Origin: Candidatus Tayloriibacteriota bacterium
GTDB lineage: Bacteria > Patescibacteriota > Minisyncoccia > Phycocordibacterales > PALSA-1337
Reading direction: 5' to 3'
Assembly: GCA_003151615.1 (NCBI GenBank)
Contig: PLXZ01000004.1
Span: 46,118 to 110,117 of the forward strand
Length of the DNA stretch: 64,000 nucleotides
Position 1 is the first letter of the stretch. Each line of letters opens with the position of its first letter. The translations under genes were made by a program, and so were the position numbers. The notes beneath the pieces were generated by a model that saw only the letters and a list, made by a program, of their open reading frames with translations, did not search any database and was not told the DNA's origin. Positions 39,137 through 46,680 of this stretch are shown here, piece after piece.

Positions 39137-40208
39137 TCCGATTACCAATGGCCATATCAATGTAATCAAACGAATGGCGCCGCTCTATGATGAACTTGTT
39201 GTTCTCGTTGCGGTTGATTCGCGGAAGACATACACATTTACGCCGGAGGAGCGGGTAACTATGGCAAAAGCGGCGGTTGCGGATATGCCAAATGTTTCTG
39301 TCGACGTTTGCGTCGGCCGTTATGTCGTAAAGCATGCCGAATCAATCGAGGCGCAGGTCATCGTCCGGGGTTTGCGAAATTTTAAGGACCTTGAGGACGA
39401 ACAAATGCTTGCGGAGGAAAATCGAAAGATCTGTCCGCATATCGAAACCGTTTGGGTTCCTTGCTTGCCTGATCTCATGCATGTGAGTTCAAGCATGGTC
39501 AAAGGTCACGTCGGCGTTGATCCTGATTGGGAAAATCAGGTGGCTCGATCGGTGCCAGCGGCAGTGGTTATCAAGCTCAAGGAAAAATACATCCTTGGGA
39601 AAGCGCGGAAACACTGGGCAACATTGATGTCAGGGTTCGGAATTCCTAAAGGCTCAGAAATGATCCTGAAAGAATTGTTGTCACGTTACAGTGAACCTGC
39701 TCGTGCCTATCACAACCTTGAACATATTGTTGCGATGCTCGACGAACTCGAGCCAATGAATGAAGCTGATCCGGCTATCGCCATGGCAATTTGGTTTCAT
39801 GATGCAGTCTATGATCCGAAAGCCAAGGACAACGAAGGACAAAGCGCAGAATTGGCCAAGAAAATGATTGAAGATATTGGTTTGCCAACCATGTTTGGTA
39901 AATATGTCGGCAGTCTTATCATGGCTACGAAACATACGCTTGTTCCGATTGGTCGTGCCGCCCAAGTTCTGGTTGACCTTGACCTCATGGTTCTCAGAAA
40001 ATCAGAAAGGGAATTCGAAGCTTATGAAGCCGGAATCCGCAAGGAGTATGATTGGGTTCCCGAGGCAGACTTCAATGTCGGTCGTTCCAAAATCCTCCAG
40101 TCTTTTTTGGATCGGCCGTCAATCTACTCGACAGAGCTGTTCCGGGATAAGTATGAAAGGAGTGCCCGGGAGAACTTGAAACGGTCAATCGAAAAATTAC
40201 GAAAATAG
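39099..40208 (+). CDS. coaD: Phosphopantetheine adenylyltransferase fused to an HD-superfamily domain
   Basis: N-terminus SLDPITNGH, VRGLR, VSSSMVK; C-terminus RAYHNLEH, WFHDAVYDP, DLDL. Confidence 0.85.
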   Translation: MKTRKAVYAASLDPITNGHINVIKRMAPLYDELVVLVAVDSRKTYTFTPEERVTMAKAAVADMPNVSVDVCVGRYVVKHAESIEAQVIVRGLRNFKDLEDEQMLAEENRKICPHIETVWVPCLPDLMHVSSSMVKGHVGVDPDWENQVARSVPAAVVIKLKEKYILGKARKHWATLMSGFGIPKGSEMILKELLSRYSEPARAYHNLEHIVAMLDELEPMNEADPAIAMAIWFHDAVYDPKAKDNEGQSAELAKKMIEDIGLPTMFGKYVGSLIMATKHTLVPIGRAAQVLVDLDLMVLRKSEREFEAYEAGIRKEYDWVPEADFNVGRSKILQSFLDRPSIYSTELFRDKYERSARENLKRSIEKLRK

Positions 40209-40217
40209 GCGCAGGGC

Positions 40218-40256
40218 CTACCAGTGTAATATTACATCGGTAGGTTCTTTTTTTTT
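40218..40256 (+). terminator. Intrinsic terminator of coaE-coaD
   Basis: CCTACC...GGTAGG hairpin and long T-run. Confidence 0.7.
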
Positions 40257-40272
40257 GAGAGTTATTTTATTT

Positions 40273-40347
40273 AAAAACACAAAACCCGCCGAAGCGGGTT
40301 TTGTTGAATATGCGGATTCCATTGCTTTCGCATCCAACCTCGACAGT
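40273..40347 (-). ncRNA. Candidate ~75-nt small RNA whose first 17 nt are antisense to the neighbouring tRNA-like RNA
   Basis: Own TTGACT-18-TATACT promoter placing +1 near 40347; internal stem GTTGGA-TGCG/CGCA-TTCAAC; terminator AAAACCCGC-TTCG-GCGGGTTTT. Confidence 0.65.
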
Positions 40348-40353
40348 GGTATA

Positions 40354-40383
40354 AGTATATCGCATTCTGGTTTTTAAAGTCAA
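40354..40383 (-). promoter_or_regulatory. Sigma70-type promoter of the candidate sRNA
   Basis: -35 TTGACT (40383-40378), 18-nt spacer, -10 TATACT (40359-40354). Confidence 0.7.
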
Positions 40384-40393
40384 GTCATTTTTG

Positions 40394-40463
40394 TGGACCC
40401 GACGGGAGTCGAACCCGTTCATCCAAACTGTCGAGGTTGGATGGCAAACCGTTGCTCGGGCCC
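40394..40463 (-). ncRNA. Non-canonical 70-nt tRNA-like RNA (G3-U70 acceptor, canonical T-arm, minimal D-arm)
   Basis: GGGCCCG-A-GCAACGGTTTGC-CATCCAACCTCGACAGTTTGGATG-A-ACGGGTTCGACTCCCGT-CGGGTCC-A. Confidence 0.7.
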
Positions 40464-40490
40464 ACGAACGGAATATTCCGTTCGTGGGCC

Positions 40491-40545
40491 ATTTTACTAT
40501 TTGAGTAATGAAATTCTGATAAAGAAATGCTAAAATTTTGATAAA
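40491..40545 (-). promoter_or_regulatory. Promoter with four 11-bp-periodic TTTAT repeats and TAAAAT -10 (tRNA-like RNA)
   Basis: TTTAT/TTTAG/TTTAT/TTCAT at 40545/40534/40523/40512; -10 at 40496-40491; same 15-mer and spacing as the two kinase-locus promoters. Confidence 0.75.
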
Positions 40546-40658
40546 ATTATCGAAGAACATTCTTTTTGACAGAATGTCGAGCACGATTTTTGCTGTGAAC
40601 AACATTGCATAGCATCCCGTCGCTGGGCGGGGTATAATAGGCCTATAAAATATAAAAA

Positions 40659-41183
40659 ATGTTCTCCGACCCGGTAAAAAATATAGCGCAATTTGGCATC
40701 GCGGACGGCATGAAGGTCGTCGACATTGGCGCGGGCAGCGGTTTCTACAGCATCGAGGCGGCGAAAAAAGTGGGACCGCGCGGCATGATTTACGCCGTCG
40801 ACATTCAGCAGGATTTGCTCGAGAGATTAAAGAAATCGGCGGCTTTGGTGGGCATCCATAATATTGAAGGCGTTTGGGGAAACGCAGAAAAAATCGGCGG
40901 CACGAAATTGCGCGAATCAATCGCCGACCGGGCCATTCTGTCGAACGTGCTTTTTCAAATAGAACCGCAGGACCGTGACAATCTTGCGCTTGAATTGAAA
41001 CGCATCATCCGGCCGGGAGGGAAGCTCATGGTCATCGATTGGCAGGGAGGTACGCCGCTGGCGCCGAAAACACTCGTGCCTGACATGGTGGCCGAGGCGA
41101 TTTTCCAAAAAGCCGGTTTTGTTCTGGAAAAAAATTTCGCTGCCGGCGACCATCATTACGGCATCATTTTCAGCCGGCCTTAG
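40659..41183 (+). CDS. Class I SAM-dependent methyltransferase
   Basis: VVDIGAGSG, YAVDIQ, RPGGKL.VIDW. Confidence 0.9.
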   Translation: MFSDPVKNIAQFGIADGMKVVDIGAGSGFYSIEAAKKVGPRGMIYAVDIQQDLLERLKKSAALVGIHNIEGVWGNAEKIGGTKLRESIADRAILSNVLFQIEPQDRDNLALELKRIIRPGGKLMVIDWQGGTPLAPKTLVPDMVAEAIFQKAGFVLEKNFAAGDHHYGIIFSRP

Positions 41184-41213
41184 GCTACGCGCAATAGTAT
41201 ATAATTAAACAAC

Positions 41214-42524
41214 ATGAGTAAATTCCAACTTATCATCACCGCAGTCTTCGTAATTTTTATCGTAATCGGGGTTGCGACATTCGCCCTCTTTAAAAAGACA
41301 AGCACCCAGGCGGCGTTGCCGACCATTACCGTGTGGGGTCTCGCGCCGGAGCAGACATTCGATGAATTCGTGACGAATCTCAATAGCACGCGGGCCCAGC
41401 CGCTTACCGTCAAATATGTCCAAGAAACGGAGGCGACGTTCAATCAGGATTTTGTGAAAGCTTTGGCAGTCGGGCAGGGTCCGGATGTCGTACTCATTCC
41501 CGCGGACATGATTTTGCCGAATGAGAACAAGCTCACCATTATTCCGTATACTACTTTCCCGCAACGCACTTTCGCGGACACGTATGTCCAGGAGGCCAAT
41601 CTATATCTCCGTTCCGACGGCATTACCGCGATACCTTTTTATATTGATCCGCTGGTGATGTACTGGAACCGCGATTTGTTTACGAATGCAGGGATTGCAT
41701 CCGCCGGTACGGTCAATCATCCTCTCACCTGGAATACGCTTGCGGGCTATGGTGCACAGCTAACGCAGAAGGACGTCAATTCAAACATCAGAAAAACAGT
41801 CATGGCGCTCGGGCAATTCAGCAATATCGACAATGCGCGTGAAATACTTGGCACGCTGTTTTTGCAGGCCGGCAATCCCGTCACTGAAAGGACAAGTAAC
41901 GACAGTGTAATCAGCACTCTCGGCAATGGCGTGTACCAGGGGCTTACCAGCTCGGCCGCCGCCGTTTCGTTCTTTACCGGATTTACGGACCCGACGAGCC
42001 AATATTATTCCTGGAACAGCTCGTTGCCCGATTCTGAAAGTTATTTCCTCTCCGGCAATCTCGCAACCTATTTCGGATTCGCTTCCGAACTTTCCGACAT
42101 CCGGAATAAAAATCCAAACCTGAATTTCGATGTGGCTCCGTTGCCGCAAGCTCCGAATGAACAGAATCGTATCACTTATGGTCGCCTCTACGGTTTTTCA
42201 ATCGTCAAGCAATCGCCCAATGCGTCAACCGACTATGCCGTGATTTCGGCCCTCACTTCGGCATCTGCTCTTGCCGAATGGCAGACGCTGACCTATTTGC
42301 CTCCGGTTACGCGCAGCGCAATCGGCGCCGGCAGCACGGATGCGGATATGGCCATATTTTATGACGGAGCGTTGATTTCCCGCGGCTGGCTTGACCCGGA
42401 TCCTTTCAGTACCCAAAACGCCTGGGCGAATATGATACAATCTGTCGTAAGCGGCAGTGATACGGTCAACGATGCCGTCAAAACCGCCGACAATGCGGTC
42501 GATTTGGAGATAAAAAATATGTAA
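41214..42524 (+). CDS. Membrane-anchored extracellular solute-binding protein (sugar ABC type)
   Basis: N-terminal TM, ITVWG, GQGPDV, MYWNRDLF..AG, FDVAPLPQ. Confidence 0.85.
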   Translation: MSKFQLIITAVFVIFIVIGVATFALFKKTSTQAALPTITVWGLAPEQTFDEFVTNLNSTRAQPLTVKYVQETEATFNQDFVKALAVGQGPDVVLIPADMILPNENKLTIIPYTTFPQRTFADTYVQEANLYLRSDGITAIPFYIDPLVMYWNRDLFTNAGIASAGTVNHPLTWNTLAGYGAQLTQKDVNSNIRKTVMALGQFSNIDNAREILGTLFLQAGNPVTERTSNDSVISTLGNGVYQGLTSSAAAVSFFTGFTDPTSQYYSWNSSLPDSESYFLSGNLATYFGFASELSDIRNKNPNLNFDVAPLPQAPNEQNRITYGRLYGFSIVKQSPNASTDYAVISALTSASALAEWQTLTYLPPVTRSAIGAGSTDADMAIFYDGALISRGWLDPDPFSTQNAWANMIQSVVSGSDTVNDAVKTADNAVDLEIKNM

Positions 42525-42574
42525 TGAAAATTGTCGCGCCAAAAGGACTTGCTCGACATGATTCGCTAAATCAC

Positions 42575-43006
42575 ATGAAAAAAATCATTTTCACTTCAGC
42601 AGTTCTTTTTTTGCCGGCAATTTCGTTTGCTCAGACAAATACGAGCCTGGTCGTAAATTGCAGCGGTACTGCTTCGACGACCACTATCGTGAACGGGGTC
42701 ACCACTCAACCTTGTGATTTCAACACTCTCATTGACACCGGAACTCATCTCATCGAGTGGATGTTTTACATATCGGTGCCTATCATGGTCGCCATTCTCG
42801 CGTACGCCGGCATACTCTATATGACCGGCCTGGAGAAAAACATCAGCAAGGCAAAGGGCATGTTCCTAAAAGTCGCTTTAGGGTTTACAATAATGCTGGT
42901 GGCGTTCGTGGTCATCAACACATTGGTCGGATGGATCGGAAATTCAAGCTTTACGACGACTTCGAATAATACACCAAGCAATCCGGCAGTCCTGCTCCAG
43001 CAATAA
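42575..43006 (+). CDS. VirB2/TrbC-like pilin
   Basis: Signal ending SFAQ, Cys pair, two TM helices joined by YAG..YM.G....KAK. Confidence 0.75.
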   Translation: MKKIIFTSAVLFLPAISFAQTNTSLVVNCSGTASTTTIVNGVTTQPCDFNTLIDTGTHLIEWMFYISVPIMVAILAYAGILYMTGLEKNISKAKGMFLKVALGFTIMLVAFVVINTLVGWIGNSSFTTTSNNTPSNPAVLLQQ

Positions 43007-43014
43007 ATAATTAT

Positions 43015-43401
43015 ATGAATATTTTTTCACTAAACTCGCTGACTTCATTTGTTTCAACCGCTTTTGCGCAGACGAGCGGCTGTTTGCCGAATCCTCTCGG
43101 GGTAAGCAGTGTCAGCGACATTCTGTATCTTGCCGTCGATATCGCAACATATATTGGGGTGGTTCTCGCAGTTGTCTTTTTGATTTATGCGGGTTTCAAG
43201 TACGTTGCGGCCCGGGGCAATTCGGAAAAAATAACGCAAGCTCATCATTTCTTGCTTGCCGTCGTCATCGGCATCGCCATTTTGATCGGCGCGAGCGCAA
43301 TAGTGAATGTAATAAAAAACACGTTGACGTCCGCCGGGGTAGTTAACAGCGGCACTTTCGATGCCCCGTCGAATAGCGTGACCGGCAATTGCAATCGTTA
43401 A
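43015..43401 (+). CDS. VirB2/TrbC-like pilin
   Basis: AFAQ, NPL, IYAGFKYV.ARGN.EKI..A....VIG. Confidence 0.8.
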   Translation: MNIFSLNSLTSFVSTAFAQTSGCLPNPLGVSSVSDILYLAVDIATYIGVVLAVVFLIYAGFKYVAARGNSEKITQAHHFLLAVVIGIAILIGASAIVNVIKNTLTSAGVVNSGTFDAPSNSVTGNCNR

Positions 43402-43426
43402 GATGTGCTACAATTAATCCACATTT

Positions 43427-43936
43427 ATGAAAAAAATAACAAAAAAAGAAATGGTTAAGCACAATATTTCGAGGTCACTTCTGCTGTTGGCTATTTCGGT
43501 GACGCCGGTCGTGGCATTGGCCCAGTCAAACGGCGGTTCCTGTTCGGGCGAGCAAAATCTGTGTACTCTCGTAACCGAAGCAATCGGATACTTCAACCAG
43601 GCAATTTTCCTTATTATCGCCCTTGCGGTGGTGACATTCATCTGGAACGTCTATAAATATTTCATCATAAGCGATCCTGAAAACAGGACGGAAGCCAGCA
43701 AGTACGTCATGTTCAGCGTCATCGGTCTCTTCGTCATTCTTTCATTCTGGGGACTGGTCAATATATTGAGCAATACCCTCAATTTGGACACGAGTCCGGG
43801 CACCATAAATATTCAATCTCTGACGGGAAGTGGGGGATCGGGTAATTCCGCTTTCAATCCTTCAGGTGAAGTGCAGTCGGGCATGTCGGAACAAAATTAT
43901 AATCCGGCGGCAGAAGGACAATATCCCGGCCAATAA
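43427..43936 (+). CDS. VirB2/TrbC-like pilin
   Basis: ALAQ, FIW.V.KY, VIGLFVILSFWGLV. Confidence 0.8.
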   Translation: MKKITKKEMVKHNISRSLLLLAISVTPVVALAQSNGGSCSGEQNLCTLVTEAIGYFNQAIFLIIALAVVTFIWNVYKYFIISDPENRTEASKYVMFSVIGLFVILSFWGLVNILSNTLNLDTSPGTINIQSLTGSGGSGNSAFNPSGEVQSGMSEQNYNPAAEGQYPGQ

Positions 43937-43956
43937 TTTTCGTGTTTGGAAAAAAT

Positions 43957-43996
43957 AAAAGGGAAGCGAGATTTGATTCTCGTTTCCCTTTTTTTG
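43957..43996. terminator. Bidirectional intrinsic terminator
   Basis: AAAAGGGAAGCGAGA...TCTCGTTTCCCTTTTTTT. Confidence 0.75.
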
Positions 43997-44013
43997 ATTG
44001 TTTCGACGCCGTT

Positions 44014-45255
44014 TTAATTAACCGGCGTTATTTGGAACGTGATTGGCTGGGCTTCATTGATGCCCGGCCTCAGCAGCATTGTAATGCCCTCAACCGCGCC
44101 CAGTTGAGGAGTAGATCGTGCAAGATCCACCTTGTTGTAGTGGCCGTGCATTGTGCTGGTGTCGAATACTTGTGTGACGATAAAACCCGGCCGGTAGTTG
44201 TATTTCACAATTTCACCCGGCTGAATTTGGTCGCTCCAAGTCCCGTCGTATTCATGTCCGTGAGGTGGAACGCAGACCACCCGCATGCTGCTGTATCCGG
44301 TCCGATGCTCCGACTCGTCCTGACTGACGGCGGGTTGAATTGGCGGAGTAATACTCGCAGCACTGGGTTGTGCCGCCGGCGGAATTGCCGGTGTTGCAGG
44401 TGGTGGTGTGACCACGGGTGCCGGCGCTTGAACGGCGTTGTTGACGCCGTTCGGAAACAAGGCCTTGGTTTCGGCAATGGGTCCGTGTTGAGCGATAGCT
44501 ACCACAGCGAGCACAAACAGACCGAGGATGAACAGTCCGGCAAAGGCAGTGACCACGAGGGCTGCCAAAGCCTCCGATTTGTCAATGCTCGATTTTGCGG
44601 CTGTCTTTTCCGTGCCGCCGGCTTGCTTGGCCGGTTTGATCTTGGCGACCTTCTCCAGCGCTTCACGCAACTCCTGGATGATTCCGGAGCGTTCACTTTT
44701 GAACGCATCAAGTTCCGTGAGCGCCTTTTTGAGCTGTTTGTTCAGGACTTCAAACTCGGCGAGGTGGGTGTTGCCCTTCTCGGTGAGTCCTTTGAGGTCC
44801 TTGATCGTCTGGGGGAGGTCCGGAAACAGCTTGAGCTTGTCGCCGTGTTCCTTCGCAACCTTTTCGAATGCCGCTTCCAGTTCCAGAATTTGCTTTCTGT
44901 TCAGCCTGGAATTTGCGACGGCAGCCAATTCAGGTGTCATGTCGAACTCGACTTTCGCCGGTTCGCTGTTGCTGTGGGCTTCATCCTTGCTCGCGATGCT
45001 TTTCAGCGACAGGGTGTATTTTCCCGCCACATAAGGGCCTTCGTGCGGCAGGGTGATGATGTTGATTGCGATTTTGCCGCCGGCTGGGCCGCATTCGATT
45101 TCCGCATGACGCACGATGACGTTTTTGGCGGAATCAACGATGTGGACGCTGTGTTTTTTTGCGGTGCCGAAGTCGGATGTTGATTCCATCGTCGATGGAT
45201 TGACCGACAGATTTTCCGGCGTTGGCAGTTTCGGTTTAGGGTGTGTATTGGACAT
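44014..45255 (-). CDS. Hypothetical protein: FN3-like N-terminus, coiled coil, TM, Pro/Ala-rich linker, C-terminal domain
   Basis: LPTPENLSV...YTLSLKSI...SNSEP; heptad region; TM LAALVVTAFAGLFILGLFVLAVVA; start uncertain. Confidence 0.65.
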   Translation of the reverse strand: MSNTHPKPKLPTPENLSVNPSTMESTSDFGTAKKHSVHIVDSAKNVIVRHAEIECGPAGGKIAINIITLPHEGPYVAGKYTLSLKSIASKDEAHSNSEPAKVEFDMTPELAAVANSRLNRKQILELEAAFEKVAKEHGDKLKLFPDLPQTIKDLKGLTEKGNTHLAEFEVLNKQLKKALTELDAFKSERSGIIQELREALEKVAKIKPAKQAGGTEKTAAKSSIDKSEALAALVVTAFAGLFILGLFVLAVVAIAQHGPIAETKALFPNGVNNAVQAPAPVVTPPPATPAIPPAAQPSAASITPPIQPAVSQDESEHRTGYSSMRVVCVPPHGHEYDGTWSDQIQPGEIVKYNYRPGFIVTQVFDTSTMHGHYNKVDLARSTPQLGAVEGITMLLRPGINEAQPITFQITPVN

Positions 45256-45526
45256 AATGGTGTTCCCGTTGTGCTTGTTCGCAATCACGCGGATGCGAAC
45301 TTTTGGTTTAGTTTTCAAGGTACGATTGGTGCCGAAGTGGCCTTATTCATACATTGTTTGCGCGATACAACTGGGATTAATCCTAGCATATTTATCGATA
45401 AAAGTCAACATGCCGGGCGGATGGTCACTATGAGTAATCCCCAAGGGCCGCATTGTGTTATTGCGCCCCTGTTGGTACACTTACGGAGTAATTATTAGCT
45501 TGTTTATTAAATTATAAGTCAAAAAA

Positions 45527-45910
45527 ATGAAGTCAATCACAAAAATCGGAGCCCTCGCGCTTGCTTTGACGCCGGTCGCCGCATCTGCGCAGGCTCTTTC
45601 GTCCCTTAACAACGTCAATCAGGTTGCGACCCGCTTTACGAGCCTGCTCAACACGTTCACGGTGCTCCTCATCTCGCTTGCCGTGGTTTGGATCATCATC
45701 AACGTCGTCCGATACCTCATCGTAAAAGGTCCTGAAGAAAGAAAAGAAGGAGGCATGAGAATCCTCATGGGTGTTATCGGTCTCTTCGTCATCATCTCCA
45801 TCTGGGGTCTCGTTTCCGTGTTGCAGAACTCATTCGGCACGACAAACACCGCGAGCGAAGGCATCAACAACGTTCAGATTCAGACGGATCAGGTTCCTCA
45901 GGTCTACTAA
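45527..45910 (+). CDS. VirB2/TrbC-like pilin
   Basis: ASAQ, VVRYL, GVIGLFVIISIWGLV; paralogue of 43427..43936. Confidence 0.8.
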   Translation: MKSITKIGALALALTPVAASAQALSSLNNVNQVATRFTSLLNTFTVLLISLAVVWIIINVVRYLIVKGPEERKEGGMRILMGVIGLFVIISIWGLVSVLQNSFGTTNTASEGINNVQIQTDQVPQVY

Positions 45911-45916
45911 TACCTA

Positions 45917-46192
45917 ATGCCCACTACGAACATCAGTTCATCAGTGAACGCGTCGCTGGCGAAAATCGTTTCGGTTATCGTCGTGCCTCTTGTCAGCCTC
46001 GTTTTCGTCTTGGCGGTCCTGCTGTTCATTTGGGGCGTGGCCGGAATCATCATATACCGCGAGAATCCGGAAAAAAGGGAAGAAGGCCAGCGCCACATGC
46101 TCTGGGGCGTCGTCGGAATGTTCATCATGATCGGGACGTACGGCATCATCCGGCTGATCGCCAATACCGTTGGGGTGGCGAGTCCGGTTTAA
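45917..46192 (+). CDS. VirB2/TrbC-like pilin (short)
   Basis: FIWGV...R.EG.RHMLWGVVGMFIM. Confidence 0.8.
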   Translation: MPTTNISSSVNASLAKIVSVIVVPLVSLVFVLAVLLFIWGVAGIIIYRENPEKREEGQRHMLWGVVGMFIMIGTYGIIRLIANTVGVASPV

Positions 46193-46210
46193 TTTTCAAG
46201 CTCGCACAAT

Positions 46211-46242
46211 AAAAAAGACCCGGAACGTTTCGGGTCTTTTTT
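46211..46242. terminator. Bidirectional intrinsic terminator
   Basis: AAAAAAGACCCG-GAACGTTT-CGGGTCTTTTTT. Confidence 0.8.
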
Positions 46243-46265
46243 ATTTTAGTTATTTCTCTAAATTG

Positions 46266-46347
46266 TGCCGGGGAGAGGACTTGAACCTCCAAGGATTACT
46301 CCGCCTGCTCCTAAGGCAGGTGCGTCTGCCAATTTCGCCACCCCGGC
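46266..46347 (-). tRNA. tRNA-Leu(TAG)
   Basis: Reverse complement GCCGGGG...CCTGC-CTTAGGA-GCAGG with a variable arm. Confidence 0.93.
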
Positions 46348-46438
46348 AGTGTGTCTTTTTATTATTCTACATCTCGAAATATTTTAGCCAAAGCTAAAAT
46401 ATTCTCTCGATGCGAATTTTGTAAAATCAAAATTCGTG

Positions 46439-46511
46439 TGCGCCCAGTAGGGATCGAACCTACGACCTTATCCTTAAGAGGGATCTGCTCTACCAGCTGA
46501 GCTATAGGCGC
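46439..46511 (-). tRNA. tRNA-Lys(CTT)
   Basis: Reverse complement GCGCCTATAGCTCAG...ATCC-CTCTTAA-GGAT...GGTTCGATCCC. Confidence 0.92.
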
Positions 46512-46519
46512 ATGTGCCG

Positions 46520-46589
46520 GCTGTTACCTACCAAAACAGCTATAGGCGCATTACTTTGTGCTGTCATTTACCAAAACAGCTCTAGGTGC
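46520..46589 (-). repeat. Two tandem ~30-nt copies (40-nt period) resembling the tRNA-Lys 5' end with a D-arm-like hairpin
   Basis: GCACCTAGAGCTGTTTTGGTAAATGACAGC and GCGCCTATAGCTGTTTTGGTAGGTAACAGC precede the real GCGCCTATAGCTCAG. Confidence 0.65.
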
Positions 46590-46680
46590 ATGCCGAAAAA
46601 ATATAACACGTTTTTTTATTTTACACAAATAAAAATCCCGCCACAAACCGGTGTAGCAGGATTGCGATGGGACCGAAATT

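Noticed and set aside
40394-40420. tRNA-like sequence as an att-site remnant (3' tmRNA/tRNA fragment) bounding the coaDE block
   Set aside because: Both acceptor strands are present and pair, it has its own promoter, and no integrase or second att copy is seen in the window.
40267-40920. 217-aa minus-strand ORF spanning the RNA pair
   Set aside because: Overlaps the methyltransferase antisense, has non-protein-like composition, and runs through promoters and a terminator.
42552-42558. CTCGACA upstream of the first pilin as a target of the sRNA 5' seed
   Set aside because: Only a 7-nt match; several are expected by chance in 64 kb, so it is unsupported without conservation data.
46500-46589. 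Mini CRISPR array
   Set aside because: Only 2-3 degenerate units with ~10-nt spacers, derived from the tRNA 5' end; no cas genes in the window.
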